DNA of 64,000 nucleotides from sequence record OZ240615.1; one strand, written 5' to 3'. The position numbers and the translations under genes are program-made. Shown piece after piece: positions 31,611-41,689 of the stretch. Position 1 is the first letter of the stretch. Each line of letters begins with the position of its first letter. The notes beneath the pieces are model-generated. The model had not been told where the DNA came from, did not search any database, and worked only from the letters and a program-made list of their open reading frames with translations.

Positions 31611-32795
31611 GTGGAGGTAATGGCTTCATATAACCAAATCATCCAAGACAACCTTGACCTCGTTTTTCGAGCGGGCGGGCTTGGTTCTCGCCGAGCAGCA
31701 GCCTATGAAATGCTTTTCGGTTTAAATTATCGAGCGCGGGGTCAGGTGGTTCCGGCACAGCGAGACCAGGTCGGTCTCACATTTTTTACCCGTCCAGACC
31801 TGAACTTACACAGGGACAACGTTACACAAGATAGGACGCTGACCGATTTGATTTCAACGGATGAGATCACTTATCCACGTGCTTTACGCGCTATTTTAGA
31901 CCCAGTAGGCTCGGCAAATCCCGATTTTGATTACAGTTGTAAACTTGTTAATCCACGCAACCCTTTTATCTGCGTTCTAACGAATACGCTAAAGAGTCTT
32001 TCTGGTTTTCCCGATAACGCTATTGGGAAATATACCAGTAATGAAGGAATTGCAGGTGAGCAGTGGGGGATGGCCGATGGTTATTACAACATTCGCGGGA
32101 ATTACCAACTTACTGCCTCTTTTGCGAACGTCGACGGTTCACCCGTTTTGAGGCTATTTGATGTTTGGGAACGGTATATGGAAAATATCCGGACCAAAAA
32201 GATGCGCCCGTGGAGCCGTAATCTTTATCGTAATCGGATGGACTATACTACGCGTATCTACCGACTTATCCTTGACCCCGGAAGGCGTTTTGTTCAACAA
32301 ATCGGAGCAACTGGTTATGCGTTCCCGATCACTAACCCGCGTGGTGGGGTCATGAACTTTGATGCCGACGACAACTACGATCGTAGCACAGATTTAATCT
32401 CAGTGCAGTTCGACGCCTACGGTGCGATCTATGACGATCCGTTATTGATTCGTCAATTCAATAAAGTCGTGGCCATGTTTAACCCTGATCTCCGTATTGT
32501 CAACGAGAGTTCGTTAAATAAAAATAACATTGCGGTCAAGAGCAACAACTATTATCGCGTCACGCCAGATCAAAGGGAATATTTAAATTATTATTGTTAT
32601 CCTTTGATTCACCCTTATACCCGGGAGCTTTGCTGGTTTATCGAAAAACCAATTTACGACATCATCATGGCGAATAACTTCGCTGTGCCGAATTACGATT
32701 ACCAAAATCTTCCCGACGACACTGACGATACCTATACTGGTTATCAATCCAACATTTGGGATACTCTCGATTCGATTAAAGCGGGGAACACTTAA
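31611..32795 (+). CDS. Virion structural protein (phiKZ gp88-like; tube-like/baseplate)
   Basis: 394 aa; GLTFFTRPDLNL motif; coupled to the large baseplate-like gene. Confidence 0.65.
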   Translation: MEVMASYNQIIQDNLDLVFRAGGLGSRRAAAYEMLFGLNYRARGQVVPAQRDQVGLTFFTRPDLNLHRDNVTQDRTLTDLISTDEITYPRALRAILDPVGSANPDFDYSCKLVNPRNPFICVLTNTLKSLSGFPDNAIGKYTSNEGIAGEQWGMADGYYNIRGNYQLTASFANVDGSPVLRLFDVWERYMENIRTKKMRPWSRNLYRNRMDYTTRIYRLILDPGRRFVQQIGATGYAFPITNPRGGVMNFDADDNYDRSTDLISVQFDAYGAIYDDPLLIRQFNKVVAMFNPDLRIVNESSLNKNNIAVKSNNYYRVTPDQREYLNYYCYPLIHPYTRELCWFIEKPIYDIIMANNFAVPNYDYQNLPDDTDDTYTGYQSNIWDTLDSIKAGNT

Positions 32796-35701
32796 TGGCC
32801 GAGTATGATCTTAGTGCAGCGTTAGCGCGTGCACCTATCAATCCGGAATCTTTTCAACGTGTAGGGATCGAATTCCTTACCAGTAAATTAGACGGCGATA
32901 CGCTAGTCGACGTAAATGCCCCGGCAATTCATCTCCTGGAAGCAAGTTCTTCTATGGCCGTTTATCATATCCAAGAAAACTTTGCGTTGGACCGCAGGCA
33001 TTATCGACTGTTGGCACAAAGCTATGCCGATCTTTACGGGCATATGTCAGATGCCGATTACTTGGGACGCTTTAGCAGCCCAGGTAAAGTAACCATGCGT
33101 TATACTGTCGGCTATGACGATGTTATTGCTTCCATGGTGGAAGTTCCGGACACTAACGTAAAACGTGTTGTTATCCCTCGCTATACCGAGGTTCGTCCGG
33201 GCGGAGACTACCCGCTTACGTTACTTTACCCTATTGAAATTCGTCAGTTGCCCCATGACGGGTTACAAGTGGTGTTCAACACGGATGAAACTACACCTAT
33301 TCAAACGCTGACCGATAACGTTCTTAACTGGACTTTCTTAAAAGACCCGTCCGGGAACCAAGCTACTTATCTTCAGATCGACATCCCGATGTTTCAGCTG
33401 GCTAGAAACAGCACTATTGAACAGATCTCTGATGGTAACTCCCGTTTTGCTGTCCCTTTTACCGATAGCTACTATTACACTCGTGTATTTCAGGGGACAG
33501 AAGGTAACTGGACTGAACTTAACACCACGCACTCATTACAGGTTTACGACGCCTCAACCCCAACTGCGATTCTACAGGTCGGGGACGGAGTCTTGAACGT
33601 CACGATCCCGCCGATCTATTACACGGCAGGACTCGTCTCTGGTAACCTCCGTATTGATGTCTATACGACGCAAGGAGACATCTACGAAGATTTAACTAAC
33701 TTTGCCGCAGAGAAATACAGCATCACTTGGGGGACCGATTCGGATGACCCAGACCTTGATGATTACTCATCGAGTGTTCCGAATTTACCTTACGCTTGGA
33801 CATCAGCCGGCGCAATTACCGGGGGAACAGACGGTTTAACTTTCGAAGAACTTCGTGAACGAAACATTTACAATGTTTCAAGCAACGAAAATAATACCCC
33901 GATCACTCCGGCGCAAATTGCGGCGCGTTTAAACTTGTTAGGGTTCGACATTGTGAAGTCGCGGGACGATATTGTTGATCGTCTTTATCTCGCTACAACC
34001 ACTATGCCAACACCGCCCGAATCTCTACTTAACGCAGGAATTGCGGCGGCGATGACCACATTCCAGACAAGCATCGATAAGCTGGTATTGGTTAAAGGGG
34101 TTTACGACAACGGTGATCGAGTAACGTTATCACCGGATGTTTTATTCACTTTGACTAACGGAGTGTTGTCTTTGGTGGATAACAATCTTCGGCCGGAAAA
34201 CCTTTATAAAACCCCGGAAACCTTTGTGAACGGCGTGAACCAAACCAACTACGCGTTCACGCCGTTCCACTATGTTCTGGACACGTCGTCAAACACATTT
34301 GCTTTACGTCCCTATTACTTACAAAATCCAGAGCAGACTCGTCGTCGGTTTATTCGTGACAACGCCACGTTACTGATTGATATCAGTACCTCTGGCTTCG
34401 ACATCTCCCGGACAACAACAGGGTACCGCCTAACGATAGCCTGTACGGCGGGTCAAAGTTATTTAGGTATTGACCCGAGTAATCGTTTTGCGCAGTTGGC
34501 ATTTATTCCAGCGGGAGAAACTGCCTACGCGTACCTTAACGGGACGTATATGGGCACTACCGGAACCAGTGTCGTTTGGTCATTTGATTTTGTTACCAAT
34601 TTTGACCTCGATAGCGACGATAACTTGATAGTCACTAATTTCAGTATCTTCGAGGAAGAGCCACGAAAATTGGCACTGCCTTTAGAAACGGAATTTATGC
34701 TACTACACATTGTCAACGGTGAAGTGGATGATGGTTATCAGTACTCGGCAATCGATGGTCTTTTAGGTGATTTCTTATTACCGGATGATGCAAAAGGAAT
34801 TACACAAGAGTTTGTGACACTTAAACTGGGTACAGCGCTGGACCGTCTGTGGCACGGAGCGAGAAACGTTGCGGGGTCCTATGTTTACCAAACTTACGCC
34901 AGTGACGTTCTGGATTATTACACAACGGATATCCCCGAGTACGACAGTAACGGCGTTCCCGTGTTTGTTATCGAAGACGGCGTTCCGGTAATCAGTTACG
35001 CGCACAAAGCGGGAGACCAGAAGTTGGATGCGTCAGGTAACCCTATCGTCCTGCACAAAGCAGGAGATGCGGTTCTGGATAGCGGTGGTAATCCGATTCC
35101 CATTTCTGCTCGCCCGGTATTGCGTCTGATCGATTTACTTATCGTCGACGGGAATTACGCGTTTGTTACGCAGGACACGGATAAAAGTGATTTATCGTGG
35201 ACAGCAAACAATCTCGCTAATACCCAACTAGATAAACTTGAAGAATTGGGTGGGGCGGTTCTTGAAAAGACAAACATCTACCTCTACCCGAAAAGAGGGT
35301 TCGGGCCGATCTCTGTCATTGTTGATGATGGTGTTGAGAAAGTCATCGATTCGTCATTAACCTTCAGCGTTAAGTTCTATCTAACGGGCACGGCTTATCG
35401 CGATACCGACTACCGAGCCGCGTTACAAACCTTGACAGCTAAAATTCTTAATGACGGCATACGTACCGATACGGTCTCGGTCTCGACATTGGTCACGTTG
35501 TTACAACCTCAGTTGGATGAAAATGTGGTCGGTTTCGATATCAACATGTACGCGCAAGGTACAGAGATGACCACCTTCACTTTGTCGGACGCTTCCATTC
35601 AACCGACGATTGAACGTGTCATCGAGTACACCGAAGACGGTAAGTACGCTGTGAAAGAGAACATTGAATTCTTGTTTAAAAACCATAGCGTCACCAATTA
35701 A
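32795..35701 (+). CDS. Virion structural protein (phiKZ gp87-like, putative baseplate wedge)
   Basis: 968 aa; ITGGTDGLTFEELRER segment resembles baseplate-J/gp6 wedge proteins; synteny. Confidence 0.65.
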   Translation: MAEYDLSAALARAPINPESFQRVGIEFLTSKLDGDTLVDVNAPAIHLLEASSSMAVYHIQENFALDRRHYRLLAQSYADLYGHMSDADYLGRFSSPGKVTMRYTVGYDDVIASMVEVPDTNVKRVVIPRYTEVRPGGDYPLTLLYPIEIRQLPHDGLQVVFNTDETTPIQTLTDNVLNWTFLKDPSGNQATYLQIDIPMFQLARNSTIEQISDGNSRFAVPFTDSYYYTRVFQGTEGNWTELNTTHSLQVYDASTPTAILQVGDGVLNVTIPPIYYTAGLVSGNLRIDVYTTQGDIYEDLTNFAAEKYSITWGTDSDDPDLDDYSSSVPNLPYAWTSAGAITGGTDGLTFEELRERNIYNVSSNENNTPITPAQIAARLNLLGFDIVKSRDDIVDRLYLATTTMPTPPESLLNAGIAAAMTTFQTSIDKLVLVKGVYDNGDRVTLSPDVLFTLTNGVLSLVDNNLRPENLYKTPETFVNGVNQTNYAFTPFHYVLDTSSNTFALRPYYLQNPEQTRRRFIRDNATLLIDISTSGFDISRTTTGYRLTIACTAGQSYLGIDPSNRFAQLAFIPAGETAYAYLNGTYMGTTGTSVVWSFDFVTNFDLDSDDNLIVTNFSIFEEEPRKLALPLETEFMLLHIVNGEVDDGYQYSAIDGLLGDFLLPDDAKGITQEFVTLKLGTALDRLWHGARNVAGSYVYQTYASDVLDYYTTDIPEYDSNGVPVFVIEDGVPVISYAHKAGDQKLDASGNPIVLHKAGDAVLDSGGNPIPISARPVLRLIDLLIVDGNYAFVTQDTDKSDLSWTANNLANTQLDKLEELGGAVLEKTNIYLYPKRGFGPISVIVDDGVEKVIDSSLTFSVKFYLTGTAYRDTDYRAALQTLTAKILNDGIRTDTVSVSTLVTLLQPQLDENVVGFDINMYAQGTEMTTFTLSDASIQPTIERVIEYTEDGKYAVKENIEFLFKNHSVTN

Positions 35702-35710
35702 CATAAGCAC

Positions 35711-35744
35711 AATAGACAGAGGAGCTTTCGCTCCTCTGTCTATT
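35711..35744. terminator. Bidirectional terminator hairpin
   Basis: AATAGACAGAGGAGC/GCTCCTCTGTCTATT between convergent genes. Confidence 0.8.
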
Positions 35745-36992
35745 TTATTCTTCAGGTTGGGCGTAAACCAGAAACATGTACAGTCGTTTCAGCCAACGAC
35801 GATTTTCATCGTAAAAATCACAAGCGACATCTGTGATAAATTGCATCGACTGTAATGCCGCAAACAGATTATCGCTGACCTCTCGAACTTTATAAACCGC
35901 GCTACGGTCTCGTTCGAAGTATTTAGCTTGTTCCAGTAATTTATCCATCGCCTCTAAAGAAGCATGAATCCGACGACTTACCGTAATGATTCTTTCGCTG
36001 GCAGATTCCGGATAAATAAAGGGCGAAGTGTCTTCTTTGAGGTTTTCAAAAGCCTGTTTACAGACATCTGTGAGCGGTTTAACATCATAAGGTAATGATT
36101 TACCGCTGTGTTCTTCTTGCTCGGTGGCCAGTGTTGTCATTGCTTGGCGAAGTCGGTCGTTCAGCGAGTCGCCGTTACCGTTTAACAACCGTAACAATTT
36201 CTCTAATTGTTCGGATTTAAATGGTTTGACGGTAGCGACGTCGATTTCGTGACTTTCATCCCACTTCCCGGTAACCACAGCCTTAATAAGTGACTCAAGG
36301 CGCGTAACCGTTTTTTCCATGTAATCTACAATGGGTTCGGGATGTTTTACGAGACTGCCCAGTATAGCGTTGGTCTCTTTAGAAGTAATTGCGCGATCTG
36401 CGTATACCGTATAATTCTCCTCGATCGCAGCCGCCATCGGGGAAAGTTTAGGATCGTGCAATATTTCTTCTTTTGTGCGCATCTTAGAGTTGAAACCCAT
36501 CTCCTCGATTTTCTTCAAGAACTCATCGGTTTCTGCGCGCTTCTGCTTATCAAGGGTCTTGGTAAAGAAATCAACGAAAGATTTCATTTTCTCTTTAACC
36601 CACTTAATGGCAGTTTTGATCGCATTGATCACTACCTGGGCTATTTGTTTACCAATTTCCTCGCAAGCCACTTTCTGCTGGGTTTTTGAACGTTTCAGCG
36701 TGTAGGAGTTTACCGGGTAATGGTCTGACAACGGCGCAATATTGAGCGCCTCAACCGCAGCCATACTTGAGCGATCAACACCTTCTTTCTCTACGTTTTC
36801 TAACGTTTCATTCAGGGCGTCGAGTTGCGCATCGTCACCCACTCGTTTCACCATGTAAAAAGACCATTGGTTATTGAGTTCCATGACGATGTCACGAAGG
36901 TTCTTCCCGTCTTCGCCTATAAACGTAAAGACCCCTGGAACAGGTTTAACAATCTTTGTGTTCTTCTCCGTTTCCATCTTCATTGGTCTCAT
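35745..36992 (-). CDS. Inner-head protein paralog (phiKZ gp86-like)
   Basis: 415 aa; GVDRSSMAAVEAL...KVACE/EIGKQI...IKWVKEK repeats the family pattern. Confidence 0.7.
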   Translation of the reverse strand: MRPMKMETEKNTKIVKPVPGVFTFIGEDGKNLRDIVMELNNQWSFYMVKRVGDDAQLDALNETLENVEKEGVDRSSMAAVEALNIAPLSDHYPVNSYTLKRSKTQQKVACEEIGKQIAQVVINAIKTAIKWVKEKMKSFVDFFTKTLDKQKRAETDEFLKKIEEMGFNSKMRTKEEILHDPKLSPMAAAIEENYTVYADRAITSKETNAILGSLVKHPEPIVDYMEKTVTRLESLIKAVVTGKWDESHEIDVATVKPFKSEQLEKLLRLLNGNGDSLNDRLRQAMTTLATEQEEHSGKSLPYDVKPLTDVCKQAFENLKEDTSPFIYPESASERIITVSRRIHASLEAMDKLLEQAKYFERDRSAVYKVREVSDNLFAALQSMQFITDVACDFYDENRRWLKRLYMFLVYAQPEE

Positions 36993-37986
36993 TTAAGATA
37001 GGTTTCAATTTGGTCAGAATAATGGTTTTTAGCGCAGCGTCCGTTTCATGATCTAACTGAACTTTCAGGTATTTACGCTGGACACTCAACGCGCTTTCCT
37101 GAATCGACAAATGCGTATCCAGTAAAAACATCAGTAGTCGGATCTGTTCGACAACGCGGCTCCACGCATTCAAAAGTGGCGCTTGTGCACTATTTAGCAG
37201 TGCTTTAATAAAATTGTCGGTGACGATGTTGTAACGCAGAGAAAGGAATTGGTCTTTTACCTGCTCCACTCCTTCAGCGATGATCTCTGGGATAAATTCA
37301 TACAACGTCTGAATAGGGTCGGAGATCAAGTAGCTATTAGGCCAGCAAATGTCGTTACCGGATGTTGGGATATACGTTTCGTCATTCGGCGGGAGTAACG
37401 AACTAGCCCCATCACGACCCCGAAGTTGATGGCAATGGAGATCAAAATGCTTGTGGTAATTCTGATCTCTGACCTTTTCCAGATTATAAAACGTTTCCGC
37501 TAACAGCTCCGGATCTTTATCCAACAGCGGATGAATGACACCCGCAGCAAAATAGCGGGTGTTTTGAATCAACTCGGGAAGATCCATGTAGATCGTTTTA
37601 ATGGCAGAGAAATATTCCTCAACCAAAATCCCTTTTCGATAAAACTGATCGGTAAACCCGGTGCGCTTTGCATTAAGGGCTTGTATTGCCACCTTTAACG
37701 CAGGGTCGGTATTAGCATCGGTGTGTTGACGAATTGTTCGCATGTAAATCAAACAATCGTTGATCAGCGAATTTGTTTCCGACAAGCGTTGAATTTCCTT
37801 TTTGGCGCTAAAGAAAAGCGCCAATCCTTCATCGACAAAATGTATCTTCGGTAAAAAGATATCAAGTACAGAAACAGACTCTTCCATTTCTGTTTTTGCG
37901 GATGTCTCGTTGACCATCTCCGCGATTCGACAACGAAGATCAGGAGAGAAATGCGGATTATGGTCTTCCAGCGAGGTGATGGTCAT
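36946..37986 (-). CDS. Hypothetical, probably virion protein
   Basis: 346 aa, AAGGA RBS, N-terminal TSLE motif. Confidence 0.65.
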   Translation of the reverse strand: MTITSLEDHNPHFSPDLRCRIAEMVNETSAKTEMEESVSVLDIFLPKIHFVDEGLALFFSAKKEIQRLSETNSLINDCLIYMRTIRQHTDANTDPALKVAIQALNAKRTGFTDQFYRKGILVEEYFSAIKTIYMDLPELIQNTRYFAAGVIHPLLDKDPELLAETFYNLEKVRDQNYHKHFDLHCHQLRGRDGASSLLPPNDETYIPTSGNDICWPNSYLISDPIQTLYEFIPEIIAEGVEQVKDQFLSLRYNIVTDNFIKALLNSAQAPLLNAWSRVVEQIRLLMFLLDTHLSIQESALSVQRKYLKVQLDHETDAALKTIILTKLKPILNETNEDGNGEEHKDC

Positions 37987-37996
37987 ACAGTATTCC

Positions 37997-38455
37997 TTAT
38001 TTCACCGCCGCGTCAGGACGCGTCATATCGAGAATAACCGGAGTGAGTTTATCTTGCAGTAAAAATGCGGCATTAGCGATGGCCGCATAATCCATCCCGT
38101 CGCCCGCGAACTGCGCCAGGAAAACAGCAGCTGGGGTATTGCCGGTCAATACCGCTTCGACTTCTGCTTGGGAATGAACATGACAGGCGCGATAACGACC
38201 CAGCCAGACTTCCTGTACGCCGGACTGGACAAGGGAAATATCCAGTAAAAAACGCTCGTTGAATTCAGAAACGAACTGAGTGATTTTCCAGCGGTATTGT
38301 TCAGTAAACCATTCGGCCGGATTTTCCACTGCGCTGTTCGGGAGCGGAAGGGAGTAGCCCAGTCCGACTGCGAGCGCTAACGACAAACGGACTTTGTCGA
38401 CACCAACTACTTTAGTCAGCGGCTCGACAATACTTTGAACAAATTGGCGATTCAT
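37997..38455 (-). CDS. Conserved hypothetical protein
   Basis: 152-aa ORF with RBS. Confidence 0.65.
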   Translation of the reverse strand: MNRQFVQSIVEPLTKVVGVDKVRLSLALAVGLGYSLPLPNSAVENPAEWFTEQYRWKITQFVSEFNERFLLDISLVQSGVQEVWLGRYRACHVHSQAEVEAVLTGNTPAAVFLAQFAGDGMDYAAIANAAFLLQDKLTPVILDMTRPDAAVK

Positions 38456-38468
38456 TTTTATTTTTTCC

Positions 38469-39776
38469 TTACTTCAGAGTTTGTAAAAGGTTTGCGGCCG
38501 CAAACAGATTATTATTTGCTACTGACTGCAGATCTTGAAGGAGAACTCGCTTCGCTTTTTGGTCACGAGATTTGGAAGAGAAGAATAACCAAACCTTCTC
38601 GTAATACAGTTCTTTATCGTCAGTGGCTTTAATAAGCGCAGTGATAGTTTCCAGATTATGCGAAAGTACTAATCTTTGTTCAGCAGGGATATTTTTGGTT
38701 TTCATCTGCTGAAGTATTTCTTGACGTAACCGCTCTAACCGCTCACCCGGTTTATCGTAAACAATTTTGAACGGATTGAAGAGTAATACCAGTAATTCCA
38801 GAATAATAAAAATACTGAGTACAGGATTAATCATTGCGGCAAGAACAAAGACCACCCAACGGATGATGGTACCTGACCAAATTTGGAACTTAGTCGAATA
38901 AGAAGTGTCGCCAGACGACCGCATTATTTTATCTAATGCGGTCGCCAAAGGAACCGTCATACCCATACGAGAAGAGAATTGGTCGGAAAGACTTTCCCAT
39001 GAGCGCATATCGTAAATACTGGCGCCAAATTCTGACTTAGTTTGTTCGTAGATATCAGAGAAAATGGAGATTGCAATAGTATCATTATCTGAAGCTTCAG
39101 CAATCATATCTTGGTTACTGATAGTTACGCCAGTAGCCGACTCAACGCCCTTGAAAATTTTCACTTTCTCTTCGGTATTTTTTGCTTTATCTAACCGTTT
39201 TACCGTATCGAATAAAGTGAAACAAGTGCTGAAAGTATAAGACAGAGTTTCTAAATAGGAAAAAATATGACCAACCTCATGCAGCAATGCCGCTACGATC
39301 TCTTCATTGGTAAAATCATCTGCTTTGGCCATACCATAGGTAATCCCTACTGTACAGGGAACTTTTTGGAAAAACCCACCTACGGTAGCATTGGCGCGGT
39401 TAACTGAACCAACCGCAGATTCAATATCGTTTTCCAAAACTTTACGGCCATCACCAGCTTTCTGTAGCCAGCTGCCATATGTTCTTACCATGACACTATT
39501 TTTAACAATGTCGGGCGGGATGGCAAACGCGTTAACAAAATCTTGGGGGAAGACCTTAAAAACAAGCTCGTTCAATTTGAACCGATCGCGGAGTATTTTC
39601 TGTATTACGTTTGAGAATGCATCAATTTCTTTTTGATCTGGTACTCTCACATCTTTAAATCGCACACGAAAATCTTCAAAGGCAATTATTAATTTTTTAC
39701 ATACCGGATCGTAGCCTTGAAAATCAATCGATTCAAAAGCTGGGATTGAAAGTCGGGAGAACTTTTCATCGAACAT
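38469..39776 (-). CDS. Virion protein with HExxH zinc-metallopeptidase motif (phiKZ gp84-like)
   Basis: ALLHEVGH motif; N-terminal PAFE/S cleavage motif; start moved to the ATG at 39776 (AGGAG RBS). Confidence 0.7.
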   Translation of the reverse strand: MFDEKFSRLSIPAFESIDFQGYDPVCKKLIIAFEDFRVRFKDVRVPDQKEIDAFSNVIQKILRDRFKLNELVFKVFPQDFVNAFAIPPDIVKNSVMVRTYGSWLQKAGDGRKVLENDIESAVGSVNRANATVGGFFQKVPCTVGITYGMAKADDFTNEEIVAALLHEVGHIFSYLETLSYTFSTCFTLFDTVKRLDKAKNTEEKVKIFKGVESATGVTISNQDMIAEASDNDTIAISIFSDIYEQTKSEFGASIYDMRSWESLSDQFSSRMGMTVPLATALDKIMRSSGDTSYSTKFQIWSGTIIRWVVFVLAAMINPVLSIFIILELLVLLFNPFKIVYDKPGERLERLRQEILQQMKTKNIPAEQRLVLSHNLETITALIKATDDKELYYEKVWLFFSSKSRDQKAKRVLLQDLQSVANNNLFAAANLLQTLK

Positions 39777-39873
39777 CACATCTCTCCTCGGAAATGTTTT
39801 CACCAATAAAGGAAGGGGTTACACAAGAAAGTACTCCTCTCTAAAAAGAGGAGGGTTTCTATTCCTGTAGACC

Positions 39874-41643
39874 GTGAAAGTTTTAACTCAGGATGCCAGC
39901 CCAAAGATGAAAAAATTCAATCGTGAAGACATTGAGGGATTTGAATTTAAAACCTCTTTTTTTGTCCCTTCCAATGTTACTCCTGGGAGTGACCTTTTAG
40001 TTATTAAAGAAATTATCCATTTAAAGAACGGTGAGCAACACCCTAACCTCCGGTTCATCAAAGATTTTAAACGCCCTTATTACGTCACTCGTGAAAGCCA
40101 ACGAAAATACAAAGAGAAACGTGTTTGGGAAAGTATAGAGAATTTGCGCCGGTACGACTGCACGCAGTCGGGTATGGCAATGGATATCCAACGGAAGCTG
40201 AAAACGGGCCGTGGCGGAATTAAAACTCTTAATCGAAACCCATATTTATTTGGTACGGATATTTCCAGCTCTGTATTGGTAAAGCACCAATACATGACAA
40301 AGTTCCCTCACCTGAAAAGCCTTTACCGTGTTGCCCACCTTGATATCGAATTTGATGTTGTTGACGGCACTGACAGTATTAACATGATTTCTGTCTCTTG
40401 TGGCGGAATGGTTTATCAAGCTATCACTAAAGCCTACATCGGTACGGCCATTGATTTTGTACAGAAAGTCCGTGACTGTTACGAAAGGGAAGTTGTCCCT
40501 ATTTTGCGGGAAGTGGACAGTAAGATTAAACAATTTAGTGATAAAGGGATAAATCATCATTTTGATCTGGACATCTACGAAGCCCATGACGAAGAAGATG
40601 CCGTTCGCTGGATCTTTGATAAACTCCATAATGTCATTAAACCTGATATGTTGTCTATTTGGAACTTACCTTACGATACCAAAAAGATGATGCAGGCGTT
40701 GGCGCGAAGAGGCGTGCCTTACGAAACAGTATTCAATGATCCGTCAATTCCTGATGACTTTAAATACTTTGACTTGACGGAAGGTCAGGCAAAGGTTCCT
40801 GATGCCAACGGCGTCTTTGAATCGAAAGACCCGTGTGATCGCTGGCATAAAGTCGTGAGTCCTGGGAACTTCTTCTGGGTTGACCAGATGTCGGTACGTA
40901 GGGCGGTAAGGAAACACCTTAACAAAGAACCGTCGTATTCTTTAGGTGATATTCTCTACAAAGAACTGGGCTTCGGTAAGTTAAAAGGCGACAAAGGGAT
41001 TCGTTCCACCGGGATCGACTGGCACAAACACATGCAACGCGATGAAAAAGTTTTCTATTGCGTTTACAACATGTTCGATAACATAGGTGCTCAGCTTCTC
41101 GATGAAAAAACAGAAGACCTTCGTTCTACATTCCCTGCTCAGTGCGGTTACAGCGAATTGCAGTCCTACGGTTCTCAGGGTCGTAAACTTGCCGATGACT
41201 TCTATTTTGACTTGTTAGAAAAAGGTTACGTTTTAACCGGAACGTCGGACAAGATGGAGAAGGAGCTTGACAAACACCTCGTCCCTCTGGATGGTTGGAT
41301 TTCGACATTGGCAGCGCATCTTATTCATGAGGAAATGGGGAACAAAGTTCTTAAAGAACATCCCGGTACTTTCACGAAGATCGTTAAGTGGGTTCTTGAT
41401 ATCGACGTTAAATCCTCCTATCCGTCTACCGGGGTATGGATGAACTTGTCGCAGGAAACGACAAAACGAGCAATGTGTAAAATTATTGGGGTAAACTTTG
41501 AGGAACAAAGAAGGGCCGGTTTAAATATTTGTGCGGGGAGGGTCAACTCGGTAGAGATTGTTACCAAGTTATGTAATGCACCTACTCAGTTGCAGATGCT
41601 TCAACGCTTTTGTAAGGCAAAAGGAATTACATTAGAAGACTAA
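39874..41643 (+). CDS. Split family-B DNA polymerase subunit: 3'-5' exonuclease plus polymerase motif A (phiKZ gp82-like)
   Basis: Exo I HLDIEFD, Exo II WNLPYD, Exo III YNMFD, motif A LDIDVKSSYPS; motifs B and C absent. Confidence 0.85.
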   Translation: MKVLTQDASPKMKKFNREDIEGFEFKTSFFVPSNVTPGSDLLVIKEIIHLKNGEQHPNLRFIKDFKRPYYVTRESQRKYKEKRVWESIENLRRYDCTQSGMAMDIQRKLKTGRGGIKTLNRNPYLFGTDISSSVLVKHQYMTKFPHLKSLYRVAHLDIEFDVVDGTDSINMISVSCGGMVYQAITKAYIGTAIDFVQKVRDCYEREVVPILREVDSKIKQFSDKGINHHFDLDIYEAHDEEDAVRWIFDKLHNVIKPDMLSIWNLPYDTKKMMQALARRGVPYETVFNDPSIPDDFKYFDLTEGQAKVPDANGVFESKDPCDRWHKVVSPGNFFWVDQMSVRRAVRKHLNKEPSYSLGDILYKELGFGKLKGDKGIRSTGIDWHKHMQRDEKVFYCVYNMFDNIGAQLLDEKTEDLRSTFPAQCGYSELQSYGSQGRKLADDFYFDLLEKGYVLTGTSDKMEKELDKHLVPLDGWISTLAAHLIHEEMGNKVLKEHPGTFTKIVKWVLDIDVKSSYPSTGVWMNLSQETTKRAMCKIIGVNFEEQRRAGLNICAGRVNSVEIVTKLCNAPTQLQMLQRFCKAKGITLED

Positions 41644-41648
41644 CCAAA

Positions 41649-41685
41649 CATAAATCACTGGACCCGAAAAGGTCCAGTGATTATG
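41649..41685. terminator. Bidirectional terminator hairpin
   Basis: CACTGGACC/GGTCCAGTG between convergent genes; TATG on both flanks. Confidence 0.8.
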
Positions 41686-41689
41686 CATG

